DNA of 64,000 bases from an uncultured Bdellovibrio sp. (GTDB lineage: Bacteria; Bdellovibrionota; Bdellovibrionia; Bdellovibrionales; Bdellovibrionaceae): NCBI GenBank assembly GCA_963932905.1, contig CAWVRN010000008.1, forward strand, positions 32,001 through 96,000. Direction: 5' to 3'. The notes beneath the pieces were generated by a model. The model did not search any database, was not told the DNA's origin, and saw nothing but the letters and a program-made list of their open reading frames with translations. Both the position numbers and the translations under genes were made by a program. Shown one piece after another: positions 1-10,003 of this stretch; the stretch's first letter is position 1, and each line of letters starts with the position of its first letter.

Positions 1-820
1 GCAGAATTACGTCCGCACGGTCGGGGCGTAGATTCAATTTTTCAATGCGATCCTTGATCGACATTGTAGAGAGCTTGTCATAGATTTCGATCAGCTCATT
101 CAGTGTGATAAATGTGTTCGATGATTTTTTCAAAAGGTCCCATTTTAATCGCGCCATGCACTCTAAATTTCCACCAGTGCCGATAGCAAAATCTATTTCG
201 TGATGGAAATCGTTTTTATCGATGAATTGAAACACAGGTTTGATAAAATCGCCGACGACCACTTTCAAATGAGTTTCGTCTAGTTTGCGTTTTTCTAGTT
301 GGTCAATGATGCGTACTGTGCCCATTGGAAAGGATTCCGTTTGTTTCATTTTACCGTTGGCCGACAATGTAATTTCGACACTGCCGCCGCCGACATCGAT
401 TAAAACACAACGTCGGTTTTTTAATTCAACTTCCTTGCTGACAGCCAAATAAATCAGACGGGCCTCTTCTTGGCCATCTATAATTTCGATCTTAATTCCG
501 CTTTTTTTTGCAATTTTATCAATGAATTCTAATTTGTTGGAAGCTTCACGCAAGGCGCTTGTTGCTACAGCACGGCAGGCCTGTACGCGGTACTTTTGAT
601 TGATATTGCGAAAATGTTCAAATGTCTCCACTGAATCACTTATAGTTTGCGGAGAGATGGGTTTATCTAAAAACACTTCTTTGCCTAAACGAATAGGGGA
701 GCGTATTTTTTTAATCTCTTGCATGATGTGGGTTTTTGTCGACGAATCATAGGAAACCTCTGAAATTATCATCCGTATTCCATTTGAACCTATATCGATG
801 GCTGAATAGACTTTACCCAT
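1..820 (-). CDS. ppx: Exopolyphosphatase / Ppx-GppA family phosphatase (runs off the window start; not in the ORF track)
   Basis: The reverse strand from ATG 820 (alternative ATG 829) reads MGKVYSAIDIGSNGIR. It also contains the ATSALREA, EEARL, LIDVGGGSVE and GTGGN motifs, and lies next to pho genes. Confidence 0.9.
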   Translation of the reverse strand, partial: MGKVYSAIDIGSNGIRMIISEVSYDSSTKTHIMQEIKKIRSPIRLGKEVFLDKPISPQTISDSVETFEHFRNINQKYRVQACRAVATSALREASNKLEFIDKIAKKSGIKIEIIDGQEEARLIYLAVSKEVELKNRRCVLIDVGGGSVEITLSANGKMKQTESFPMGTVRIIDQLEKRKLDETHLKVVVGDFIKPVFQFIDKNDFHHEIDFAIGTGGNLECMARLKWDLLKKSSNTFITLNELIEIYDKLSTMSIKDRIEKLNLRPDRADVIL

Positions 821-875
821 GTTTGACATTGTGATTCAAATATTGTTCGATGTAAAGACTTGAGGGGGCTTTCCT

Positions 876-1919
876 ATGGGAAAAATACTATCGTTCGCTG
901 TTTTGCTTATGCTACCGTTTGTTGTAAATGCACAAATGAAAGCGGAAAACTGGCAAGTCGAAGGTGAAGTCGATGTGTTGACTCGTTTGGGGTCGCAACC
1001 AACATCGGAACGGGGACAAGTTGCGTTCTCTTTGCCGTCGTTAAAATTAGCAGCGGACTATTTGATTGAAAAAAACAATTCGGTCTATTTTCAAGTTCAG
1101 ATGGCAGAAAATCGCAACAAAGATACTAAGAAATTTCAAACGGAATTGGCTCGAGCTTATTTTCAGCATATTTCAGAAAGCGATTCTTGGATTGTTCGCT
1201 ATGGCTTAATTAAGAATGCTTATTTGGATGACAATGAGCTGTTGCTTGATTACGACGTTGTGCCCGAATTCCGTGCGTTTGCTTATCGTTACAACTATTT
1301 GCCGTCAGCTGATATCGGTTTGGAAATTCGTTATGTCACCAGCCCTTATTTGGATTTTTCCGTCGGCGTCTATAACGGAGAAGAAAATACTACCAAAGAA
1401 GACGGCATGCAGAAGGATACCTATATTGGGATCAATTACGATGACTCTAGTTTCCACTTTGCGGCTCTTGCCATTCGTGGTGCCTATGATGAATATGAAA
1501 GCCCATTCAATGTAAAAGAAAGAAATCTGGTTCGCATCGCATGGAAAGGCAATCTTGTCGAGCTTGGCCTAGAGGGGCTAACGTCTAAAGAATTAAGCAA
1601 TGCGACTGTCGCCTATGGTCGTGCCGAAGGATGGGATGGATCAGCCTACCCAGAAACCATGGTTCAAGCCGAGGGGGCTTCGGCCTGGTTGCTATTTAAA
1701 GTCGACTCCGAGCTGCAATTCTTAGCGCGAAAAGACTATTTGGATCCCTACAAAGACGTAAAATTGGATGAAATTGAGTCTGAAAACATAGCCATGATTG
1801 TCAAAGACAACATGCGTTCGTGCATACTAGGTTATACCAAAACAGTTTACAAAGACCTGCATTCTACGAAGTCTAACGAGAAAGAATTCGGTTTCTTTGG
1901 ATTACGCCAAATTTTCTAG
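876..1919 (+). CDS. Outer-membrane beta-barrel protein, putative phosphate-selective porin
   Basis: Signal peptide, alternating aromatic beta-strands, GVYNGE motif and C-terminal Phe. Sits between ppx and phoU. Confidence 0.6.
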   Translation: MGKILSFAVLLMLPFVVNAQMKAENWQVEGEVDVLTRLGSQPTSERGQVAFSLPSLKLAADYLIEKNNSVYFQVQMAENRNKDTKKFQTELARAYFQHISESDSWIVRYGLIKNAYLDDNELLLDYDVVPEFRAFAYRYNYLPSADIGLEIRYVTSPYLDFSVGVYNGEENTTKEDGMQKDTYIGINYDDSSFHFAALAIRGAYDEYESPFNVKERNLVRIAWKGNLVELGLEGLTSKELSNATVAYGRAEGWDGSAYPETMVQAEGASAWLLFKVDSELQFLARKDYLDPYKDVKLDEIESENIAMIVKDNMRSCILGYTKTVYKDLHSTKSNEKEFGFFGLRQIF

Positions 1920-1959
1920 CGTCGCGTACGTAAGTACGCTCATAATTTAAGAATCCGCC

Positions 1960-2006
1960 TAGATTTTCCCCAAAAGTGTGTTAGATTTTTGTTAGGGGCT
2001 TGTTGT
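1960..2006 (+). promoter_or_regulatory. 11-bp-period direct repeats upstream of phoU (candidate Pho-box-like site)
   Basis: TGTTAG at 1979 and 1990, TGTTGT at 2001; TAGATTTT at 1960 and 1982. An 11-bp period is typical of PhoB/OmpR sites. Confidence 0.4.
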
Positions 2007-2055
2007 TACGTACTACTACGTTTACAAGTCTATCAAATTTAGATAACTAACAAAC

Positions 2056-2733
2056 ATGGAGCATTCGTTGGAACGCGCTTTAGATACTCAGATTGATGAA
2101 GCTAAAAGATTAATTTTAATCATGGCTGGTAGCGTGGAATTGGCTCTATTCGAAGCCACCGAAGCTCTATTGGGACGTAACCCATCTAAGCTAAAAAACA
2201 TTCATCAAATAGAAAATAAAATTAACGAAGATCACATTAAAATCGATGAATGCTGCTTGAATATTTTAGCTAAGCAAAGCCCAGTCGCTAAAGATTTGCG
2301 TATTATTTTGTCCATTTTAAAAATCAATACTGACCTTGAACGCATGGGCGATCAGTGCACGAACATTGCGTACACAACGCAAGACTATTTGTCTCGTAAG
2401 GAACTTCAGCACGTCAGCCTTATTTCTGAAATGAGTGAATTTGTTCGCGCCATGGTGAAGAAGTCTTTGGACTGTTTCGTCCGCGGTGATGCGGTCGCTG
2501 CCAAAGCCATCCTTGTGATGGATGATGAAGTGGACGAGCGTAAGAACCGCGTATTTAGAGAATTATGTGAACATATGAAGAAAAATCCGGACGACGTGGA
2601 TGCGAGTTTGGATTTAATTTTAATTGCACGAAACTTTGAAAGGTTAGGTGACCATGCAACAAACATTGCAGAAGACGTCATTTTCGCCTACACGGGCAGC
2701 GATATCCGACACGGTGGTAAATCTGGATCCTAA
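2056..2733 (+). CDS. phoU: Phosphate signalling complex protein PhoU
   Basis: Duplicated motifs DLERMGD and NFERLGDHATNIAE; QSPVAKDLR. Confidence 0.95.
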   Translation: MEHSLERALDTQIDEAKRLILIMAGSVELALFEATEALLGRNPSKLKNIHQIENKINEDHIKIDECCLNILAKQSPVAKDLRIILSILKINTDLERMGDQCTNIAYTTQDYLSRKELQHVSLISEMSEFVRAMVKKSLDCFVRGDAVAAKAILVMDDEVDERKNRVFRELCEHMKKNPDDVDASLDLILIARNFERLGDHATNIAEDVIFAYTGSDIRHGGKSGS

Positions 2734-3412
2734 TATCCTTGTTGTCGAAGACGAAACAGAGATCAGAGAATTAATTGCTCTGCATTTGCTACGACAAGGT
2801 TTTAAAGTCACGGAATGTGATAATGTATCAGATGCCATTGAACAGCTTGGGAAAAAAAAATTCGATGTGATCCTTCTAGATTGGATGCTGCCCGGCCTTA
2901 GCGGCATGGACCTTCTCGGCTTCCTAAAAGACAAAGAAATCGACACACGCGTAGTGATGGTGACGGCTAAAACAGATCCGGCAGATATTGTTCAAGGCTT
3001 AGAAAGCGGTGCCGACGATTATTTAACAAAACCATTCGATCCGGCTATCTTAATGGCGCGTGTTCGTGCTGTCATGAGACGCGTACCTAAAAAAGATAGT
3101 GCAGATACACAAGAAGAACTAACGGTTGGGCCGCTGTACATCAATTTCCGCACGTATGATGTCATGCTGAACAATGAAAAATTGCATTTAACGCCCAGTG
3201 AATTTAAGTTATTAGGGATTATGATCCAAAACCAGGGTCGCGTGTTGACTCGGGATAACCTGATCGAGAATATTCAGGGTGAAGGTGTGAACGTTATTGG
3301 CCGCACCATTGATACTCACGTATTTGGATTAAGAAAAAAACTAGGTAGCTGGGGAGATCGCATTGAAACAATTAGGGGAGTTGGTTACCGGGTTAAGACG
3401 GAATCTAATTAG
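2714..3412 (+). CDS. phoB: OmpR/PhoB-family response regulator (probable start GTG 2714)
   Basis: Receiver motifs LVVEDE, LLDWMLP and GADDYLTKPF; winged helix RTIDTHV...IETIRGVGY; between phoU and a histidine kinase. Confidence 0.88.
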   Translation: MVNLDPNILVVEDETEIRELIALHLLRQGFKVTECDNVSDAIEQLGKKKFDVILLDWMLPGLSGMDLLGFLKDKEIDTRVVMVTAKTDPADIVQGLESGADDYLTKPFDPAILMARVRAVMRRVPKKDSADTQEELTVGPLYINFRTYDVMLNNEKLHLTPSEFKLLGIMIQNQGRVLTRDNLIENIQGEGVNVIGRTIDTHVFGLRKKLGSWGDRIETIRGVGYRVKTESN

Positions 3413-4832
3413 TTTTACCTTCTGGCATTTTCCTTGGCGGATATTCCTTCAGTTTTTCATCATCCAAGTCATATCGTTTAATATTTTATTTCTTGGTCTT
3501 TTCTTCACGCAACTAGGAACTATAAAATGGATTTCACTATTCTTTTTAGGTTCGGTTCTAGTTTCATTAACGACCGCATTCTTTTTCACTCAGCCGATTC
3601 ATCGCATTTACATGAAGATCTTAAAACTTTCGCACAAAAAAGCGATGCGTGAATGGCAACCTGAAGCCGACGATTTGACGGAAGAAGAAATCGGTGAATT
3701 TTCCGTATTGGAAAAAGGTTTAAATAAAATTCAGAAAAAATTAAAAAAGCGCAAAGAACAATTATACCGTGAACGAGAAGAAACTCAGGCATTTATGTCG
3801 TCGGTGCAAGAAGGCCTGGTTAGTATATCAACCAATGAAAAGATCACATTTTTTAATTCACGGTTTGCGACGCTGTTTTTAGATTCAGGGCAAATGAATC
3901 AAGAGCAAATTTTTCTGACCGATGTATTTCGTGATCCCGTCATTTACAATTCATTTCGGCGTGTTTTGGTAGAGGGTCAAGTAGTGAAACTGGAATTACA
4001 GATGGAAACCAAGCTGGATGTCAGTACTCGCCATTTTCTATTGTCGTTGAGTCCATTACGAAAAGGTAAGACAAATGAAATATATGGAATGATTGGAATT
4101 TTTCATGATATTTCTGATATTAAAAAGACCGATCAAATTCGAATCGACTTTGTCGGTAATGCGTCTCATGAACTGCGAACTCCTTTGACATCAATCAAAG
4201 GCTATATTGAAACTCTTAAGCAAGATTTTGAGGCGGGCAACACCGCTCAGGCAGGAAGTTTCCTGCAAATCATATCGCGTAATGTGGATCGATTGATTGA
4301 TCTAGTCACCGACTTATTGACCATTTCGACTTTAGAATCACATCAACAAGTGAAAACCGCCGTAGTTCACCCCATGCAGCTAAGTAACTTGGTCGTTTCT
4401 GATTTGATGATTTTAGCGCAAGCGAAAAATCACAAGATTTTTATAAATGTCGCAGTCGATTCTCTTCGTGGTGATGGTGAGAAAATTGATCAGGTATTAA
4501 GAAATTTAGTTACTAACGCCATTAAATATATCCCTGAAGGTAAAGAAATCCACATCTCTTGGGAATACGACAGTGACGGTGTCGTTGTTCTTAAAGTTCG
4601 TGATAATGGTCCTGGGATTCCAAAAGAACATCATGATCGTTTGTTTGAGCGGTTCTATCGCATCGATAAAGGTCGCTCTCGTGATCGCGGCGGCACAGGC
4701 TTGGGGTTGGCCATTGTTAAGCATATCGTGTTAGCTCATGGCGGTCGGGTTGAGTTAAGAAGCGAAATGGGCAAGGGTTCAGAATTTATTTGTTATTTTC
4801 CGCAGCCACAGGGGTTGGGAGCCCAAATCTAA
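3363..4832 (+). CDS. phoR: Sensor histidine kinase PhoR (start uncertain)
   Basis: Two TM segments, PAS-like region, H-box FVGNASHELRTPLT, NLVTNAIKY, DNGPGI, GGTGLGLAIVKH. Confidence 0.88.
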   Translation: MKQLGELVTGLRRNLISFTFWHFPWRIFLQFFIIQVISFNILFLGLFFTQLGTIKWISLFFLGSVLVSLTTAFFFTQPIHRIYMKILKLSHKKAMREWQPEADDLTEEEIGEFSVLEKGLNKIQKKLKKRKEQLYREREETQAFMSSVQEGLVSISTNEKITFFNSRFATLFLDSGQMNQEQIFLTDVFRDPVIYNSFRRVLVEGQVVKLELQMETKLDVSTRHFLLSLSPLRKGKTNEIYGMIGIFHDISDIKKTDQIRIDFVGNASHELRTPLTSIKGYIETLKQDFEAGNTAQAGSFLQIISRNVDRLIDLVTDLLTISTLESHQQVKTAVVHPMQLSNLVVSDLMILAQAKNHKIFINVAVDSLRGDGEKIDQVLRNLVTNAIKYIPEGKEIHISWEYDSDGVVVLKVRDNGPGIPKEHHDRLFERFYRIDKGRSRDRGGTGLGLAIVKHIVLAHGGRVELRSEMGKGSEFICYFPQPQGLGAQI

Positions 4833-4957
4833 AAAAATACCGATTTATTGTCTTGTTTAGTTTTATTCCCTTACTTTGAATCTTGGTAAGACGGGGATCT
4901 TCGTTGTGGAAGGACTTTTTAAAAAGTGGGGATTTTGTCCAGACGTAAGTCCAGGAT

Positions 4958-5221
4958 CTAATTCTTAAGTATTCTTGAAATTCTAAATTCTTTTAGAGAT
5001 TGGTAGCCATACGTCTTCTTTCTAAAGATCTCGACGATTTCTTCTTCTAGGTCAGTTAATACCTCTCTAAAGACTGGCTCTGGGATCGTATTCGACATTA
5101 ACAAGTATTTAACAAACTGATCGCGTACGCGTTTTACAAACTGAGAAGTCGTTTCGTTAAGATTCGACGAATCTCTTAGGTATGTAATGATCAACTCAAT
5201 TAGTACTTGTTTATCGTTCAT
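4958..5221 (-). CDS. Small hypothetical protein
   Basis: 87-aa ORF of plausible composition, preceded by a sigma28-like promoter. Confidence 0.7.
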   Translation of the reverse strand: MNDKQVLIELIITYLRDSSNLNETTSQFVKRVRDQFVKYLLMSNTIPEPVFREVLTDLEEEIVEIFRKKTYGYQSLKEFRISRILKN

Positions 5222-5228
5222 ACTAAGA

Positions 5229-5255
5229 GTTTCGGATTTAGATTTTGAACCTTTA
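5229..5255 (-). promoter_or_regulatory. Sigma28 (FliA)-like promoter
   Basis: Minus strand reads TAAA-N15-TCCGAAAC just upstream of the 87-aa ORF. Confidence 0.5.
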
Positions 5256-5399
5256 AAGAAAAAAGGGCTTGTAAAAAATCAGAACAGAAATCAAGGAAAG
5301 TTTGATAGTTCAGTCAAAAGTTGTATCATTTTGAACGGGCCTAAACACGAAGGCCTAGTAGGTTTTTCGGGATTTCAAGAGAGTGGCAAAGGTGAGCTA

Positions 5400-6698
5400 G
5401 TGAAAAGTATGAATTTTCTAGAATTTCAGGGCGGGGTCGATCGACTTCGCAAGCTCATAGTTGGGGCGCAACTTCAGGATTTTAGTGTGCTCGAAAAAGA
5501 TTTGCTGCTTCTTTTTTACGCAAGTCGATCCTTTATTCTGCGCATATCCCTACGAACGCCACCCGTATTTTTTTTAGAATCATCGACTTACAAGTTAGAA
5601 AAAAAATCACAGAAAGTGCCACTGGGGTTGTTTTTAAGTAAACATTTTTTGCGAAAATCAGTTGTTGATGTGAAGTATTTAGAGCACTGGGGACGTAAAT
5701 TCGAGATTCATTTATCTGACGAAAGCGGAAATCCGTTGGTAATGGAAGTCATTTTAGTACCTGGTTTCCAAAACGTTGCTTTATCAGTGAAAGCCCTAGG
5801 GAAAACGAAAAATGTTTATTGGAATAAACCTCGTGAGTTGTCAGAATTTTCAGAGCAGAAAGCAGAGGTTGCTGATTTTCGTTCATTAGAAGTTATTCGA
5901 GAAGAGTGGTACGCGGAAAAAATTCCATCAGACAAAAAAGTTTCTGAGAGTGTTGCTCAAACCAAAGATGTCGATGCGGATTGGAAACTAGAAGTTCAAA
6001 AAAAAGTAAGAAAGAAAACGGAAGCCATCGAAAAGATAAAGCAACAAAATGCAGAAAATGAAGTCAGTGTGGCAATGCTGTATAAAATTGGCGAACTCTT
6101 GAAATACCAAACGGCAAACCAGTTGTCTGACCAGCATCAAGAATGGCTTCGCCAGTACCACCCTAAAAATATTGATCGTGAGCAAATCTTCAAAAAAGCA
6201 AAGACGTTGGCTGCAAAAAAAGATGGCATGTCGAACCGGATCGAGTTGTTGCTAAAGGAAATTGGCGAATTGACTTCGTCTTTGGATGGCCCGCCTCCTC
6301 AGCCGAAACATAAGATTTCGGCGATTAGCAAGGGTGACGTGGACACTCGCAAGTTTGAAGTTAACCCGAATGTCAGTTTGTACATGGGAAAAAATGCTAA
6401 GGATAACGTTGAACTTCTAAAAAGTTCGCAACCCTGGGAACTTTGGTTCCACTTGAAAGATTATCCCAGTGCGTATGCAATTACGCGCAGAAATAAATCG
6501 GTCACTGTAGGTCATGCTGAGCTGGTTAAGATGGCGGCTTGGTTTGCCAAAGAATGTTTCAAAAATCAAAAGGAGAAATCTCCACAACATATTGAAGTTA
6601 TTTATACGGAATGCCGCTTCGTGAAGCTGCTTAAGGGTGACAAATTGGGACGCGTGACTCACACAAACACAAAGACTTTGCGCGTATCAACCACGTAA
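5400..6698 (+). CDS. NFACT/RqcH (FbpA-like) protein with C-terminal NFACT-R (DUF814) domain; true start about 5400-5409
   Basis: C-terminal MGKNAKDNVELL...LWFHLKDYPSAY...VIYTE; central coiled coil. The ORF-track N-terminal extension overlaps the opposite gene and its promoter. Confidence 0.7.
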   Translation: MKSMNFLEFQGGVDRLRKLIVGAQLQDFSVLEKDLLLLFYASRSFILRISLRTPPVFFLESSTYKLEKKSQKVPLGLFLSKHFLRKSVVDVKYLEHWGRKFEIHLSDESGNPLVMEVILVPGFQNVALSVKALGKTKNVYWNKPRELSEFSEQKAEVADFRSLEVIREEWYAEKIPSDKKVSESVAQTKDVDADWKLEVQKKVRKKTEAIEKIKQQNAENEVSVAMLYKIGELLKYQTANQLSDQHQEWLRQYHPKNIDREQIFKKAKTLAAKKDGMSNRIELLLKEIGELTSSLDGPPPQPKHKISAISKGDVDTRKFEVNPNVSLYMGKNAKDNVELLKSSQPWELWFHLKDYPSAYAITRRNKSVTVGHAELVKMAAWFAKECFKNQKEKSPQHIEVIYTECRFVKLLKGDKLGRVTHTNTKTLRVSTT

Positions 6699-6772
6699 GC
6701 AACCTCTTGACTATGAAGTCAGGTATGAAGAAACTTTTTTATACGACTTCAAAGTATTAAGAGGAGTTCAAT

Positions 6773-7708
6773 GTGATAGAAGTAAAAAATTTGACTAAGG
6801 AATATGGTTCTTTGAAAGCAATCGACAATGTTTCTTTTTCTATCAAAAAGGGCGAAGTGGTTGGATTTCTGGGACCCAATGGAGCTGGTAAATCAACGAC
6901 GATGAAAATCATAACTGGGTTTATGGCTCCGTCGGATGGTTCAGCATCAGTCGCGGGATTTGATGTGTTTGAAAACCCGATCGAAGTGAAAAAACGCATT
7001 GGTTATTTGCCAGAAACCCCACCGGTCTATGCAGATCAATATGTATCGGAATATCTGCGGTACGTGGCTCAATTAAAAAAAGTTCCGAAAGATAAATTGA
7101 ATACGTATGTTGAGCGTGCAATTGAGAAAACCAATTTGGGCTCAGTAAAAAATCGCTTAATTCACCATCTATCAAAAGGTTTCAAACAACGCGTGGGTAT
7201 TGCTCAGGCTATAGTATCAGATCCTGAAGTTTTAATTCTGGATGAACCGACGGTTGGTTTAGACCCAAAACAAGTGGCTGAAATCCGTGATTTGATCAGT
7301 GAATTAAAAGGTCATCACACAATAATTTTATCCACTCATATTTTGCCGGAAGTTCAAGCTACATGCGAAAAAGTAGTCATTATTAGTAAAGGTAAAATTG
7401 TAGCGCAAGATACGATTGATAACTTGTCAAAATTAGAAAAAGGCCAAGGACGTATTTTTGTTCGTCTTAGAAAAGAAGTTTCAGATTTAAGAACAGTGAT
7501 TTCGGGAATCGATGAAGTCCTTAGCGTCGACGTAGGAACAACCAAAAAAGAATGGCGCATAGATTACAAGGGTGATGACGAAACGATTGATAAAGTCTCG
7601 TCAAGAATCGTCAGCAACGGCCTTGGGCTGATTGAATTGACACCATCACGCGTGGATTTAGAAGATGTCTTTTTGAAACTGACTTACGGAATGGAAAAAG
7701 GAGGATAG
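6773..7708 (+). CDS. gldA: ABC transporter ATP-binding protein, GldA-like
   Basis: Walker A GPNGAGKST, signature LSKGFKQR, Walker B ILDEPT; operon with GldF/GldG-like genes. Confidence 0.85.
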   Translation: MIEVKNLTKEYGSLKAIDNVSFSIKKGEVVGFLGPNGAGKSTTMKIITGFMAPSDGSASVAGFDVFENPIEVKKRIGYLPETPPVYADQYVSEYLRYVAQLKKVPKDKLNTYVERAIEKTNLGSVKNRLIHHLSKGFKQRVGIAQAIVSDPEVLILDEPTVGLDPKQVAEIRDLISELKGHHTIILSTHILPEVQATCEKVVIISKGKIVAQDTIDNLSKLEKGQGRIFVRLRKEVSDLRTVISGIDEVLSVDVGTTKKEWRIDYKGDDETIDKVSSRIVSNGLGLIELTPSRVDLEDVFLKLTYGMEKGG

Positions 7709-7709
7709 T

Positions 7710-8480
7710 ATGTCGGGTATTATGACTATCGCATGGAAAGAATTTAAAGGATTTGCGAAAAGTCCTACTTTCTACATCATGCTAGCAATGTTAACTTTGA
7801 TTTTAAGTTTGCTTTTCACGATTCAATTGCAAAAGTTTTTTCAAGCCGGTAGCATGGCGATGATGCAGCCGGGGATGGGCGCGCAACTGAACATTCATTA
7901 TACAGTTTTTTTAAATCACTTACAGATTTTGAACCTACTTTTGATTTTTATTGTACCAGCAATTACAATGAGATTATTTGCGGAAGAGAAAAAACTAAGA
8001 ACATTTGATTTGCTTTTAACGTCACCATTGAAATCGTATGAAATCGTATTGGGGAAATATTTGGGCGCGTTGATGGCTTTGTTTGTAGTCTTTGCGATCG
8101 CGTTTGCATACCCACTTGGAACCGCACTGTTCGCTGACTTTAGCTGGGCTCCATTGATCATTGCGTTCTTTGGAATTTATTTGATCGCCGCCATTTATGC
8201 GGCAATGAACTTGTTCTGCTCAAGTCTGTCAGAAAGTATTTTGATTTCATACGTAATGGCCGCATTGTTGAATATTGCAGTATGGTTTGTTTCTCAAGGG
8301 GTAGAGTTTGCAGATTCGCAATGGGCGAGAAATATTCTAGAACATATTTCTCTTAGTTTCCATATATCTGGATTAATTGAAGGAACAATTAGAACTAATT
8401 CGCTGATTTACTTTTTCAGCGGTATTGGTCTGTTTCTATTTCTAAATGAACGCGTAGTCGAATCTCATCGCTGGAGGTAA
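7710..8480 (+). CDS. gldF: ABC-2 permease, GldF-like
   Basis: About six TM helices; TMRLFAEEKKLRTFDLLLTSP...IVLGKY motif. Confidence 0.8.
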   Translation: MSGIMTIAWKEFKGFAKSPTFYIMLAMLTLILSLLFTIQLQKFFQAGSMAMMQPGMGAQLNIHYTVFLNHLQILNLLLIFIVPAITMRLFAEEKKLRTFDLLLTSPLKSYEIVLGKYLGALMALFVVFAIAFAYPLGTALFADFSWAPLIIAFFGIYLIAAIYAAMNLFCSSLSESILISYVMAALLNIAVWFVSQGVEFADSQWARNILEHISLSFHISGLIEGTIRTNSLIYFFSGIGLFLFLNERVVESHRWR

Positions 8481-8482
8481 AT

Positions 8483-10003
8483 ATGAGCAAATTAGGGCAA
8501 CTGAGTTTATTATTTTCTGGGTTATCATTAGCGGCGTTCGGTATAACACGATTTTTCATTCGTGAATGGTATCCGTTTTACTGGGTAATCATTGGATTGG
8601 TTGTTTTCTTTTTGGCCGCAGCGTTTTTATTTGATCGTAAATTCTACACAGAATTTCTTTCAATGAAGACAACGAAGCATGGAATGAATATGGGCGTGAT
8701 GATCCTTTTGGTGTTTGCCATTATTTTCATGGTGAACTTCATTGGGGCTCGAAATGTTAAAACTTTCGATTTTTCACAAGCTAAAAGAAATACATTGTCT
8801 GAGCAAAGTATAAAACTGCTTAACAATTTAAAAGAGCCACTGAGAGTTCGTTTCTTTTATCATGAAAAAGAAAAAGAATCGGAAGAAAATCGTAGAGCTT
8901 TTCGTGAGTTAATTAGAAAATACCAAGATGTAACCAGCCAAATCAGTCTTGAGTTTGTAGAGGTTAATGAACGTCCCGATTTAGCGGAAGAATACGGAGT
9001 TAAGCAAGGTAAAGGCATTGTATTTATCGAGTACAACAAGAAAAAACAAAGTATCGAAAAAATTGATGAACAAGATCTGACTCAAGCTTTAATTCGTGTG
9101 ATGAGCGATAAATCTAAAAAGATATACTTTGTTGATGGCCATGGTGAGTTCTCGTTATCGGATACCAGCGGTGCAAAAGGACTTGGTCGATTGAAAACCG
9201 TTTTGGAATCTAAGAACTACCAAGTAGCTAATTTAACATTGGCTCAAACAGGGAAAGTTCCCGACGATGCAGATGCGGTTGCTATTGTAAATGCGGAACA
9301 AGGGTTTCTTGAGCATGAAATAAAAGCGTTAACTGAATATGCAAAGAACGGTGGAAATTTAATTTTGGGCCTAGAGCCGAAAAATAAATCGGGTTTAGAT
9401 GCTTGGGTTAAGAATTTCGGTTTAGAATTGCAAGGTGATTACTTGATCAGCGTAAGCAATACGCCACTACCCAAAGGGATTACGTTCGCGTTCCAATACT
9501 CAGGAACAAGTGAAATCACGAAGGCATTTCCAAAAAATCAAGTAGCACTGTTTTTCCTTCCGCAATCTATCAAAAAATTGCCATCGGCCCCTACAACAAT
9601 TACTTATGATGAGTTAGTGAAAGTCGGCCCTGCTGTTTCTGTTGTCGATATCAAAGCGGCCGTGCCTAAAGATGAAGGTAACTATACGTCTGTATATTAC
9701 GCTAAAGGAAAGCTGACCGCCGATAGTAGTAAAGAATTCCAATTAATCTTGTTTGGTGATGCCGATATTTTTACCAACGACTTGCTTGATGCGAATATGA
9801 ATAAAGACCTAGTGTCCAATTCATTTTCTCAGTTGGCAAAGGACGACAATTTAATCAGTATCAGTCCTAAGGAACTGACCAAAACTGAAATCGATCCGTC
9901 TCAATCCAAGCAAGCCTTTTTCTATTTTGGTATCGTGATCCCCTTGCCAATTATCATGTTCATTTCTGCTATCGTTATTTGGTATAGAAGGAGAAATGCG
10001 TAA
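8483..10003 (+). CDS. gldG: GldG-family ABC auxiliary protein
   Basis: N-terminal TMs, TLSEQS, IYFVDGHGE motif, C-terminal TM ending WYRRR. Confidence 0.8.
   Translation: MSKLGQLSLLFSGLSLAAFGITRFFIREWYPFYWVIIGLVVFFLAAAFLFDRKFYTEFLSMKTTKHGMNMGVMILLVFAIIFMVNFIGARNVKTFDFSQAKRNTLSEQSIKLLNNLKEPLRVRFFYHEKEKESEENRRAFRELIRKYQDVTSQISLEFVEVNERPDLAEEYGVKQGKGIVFIEYNKKKQSIEKIDEQDLTQALIRVMSDKSKKIYFVDGHGEFSLSDTSGAKGLGRLKTVLESKNYQVANLTLAQTGKVPDDADAVAIVNAEQGFLEHEIKALTEYAKNGGNLILGLEPKNKSGLDAWVKNFGLELQGDYLISVSNTPLPKGITFAFQYSGTSEITKAFPKNQVALFFLPQSIKKLPSAPTTITYDELVKVGPAVSVVDIKAAVPKDEGNYTSVYYAKGKLTADSSKEFQLILFGDADIFTNDLLDANMNKDLVSNSFSQLAKDDNLISISPKELTKTEIDPSQSKQAFFYFGIVIPLPIIMFISAIVIWYRRRNA

Noticed and set aside
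5187..5399. N-terminal 71 codons of the ORF-track 503-aa protein
   Set aside because: They overlap the opposite-strand gene and its promoter; the real start is more likely 5400-5409.
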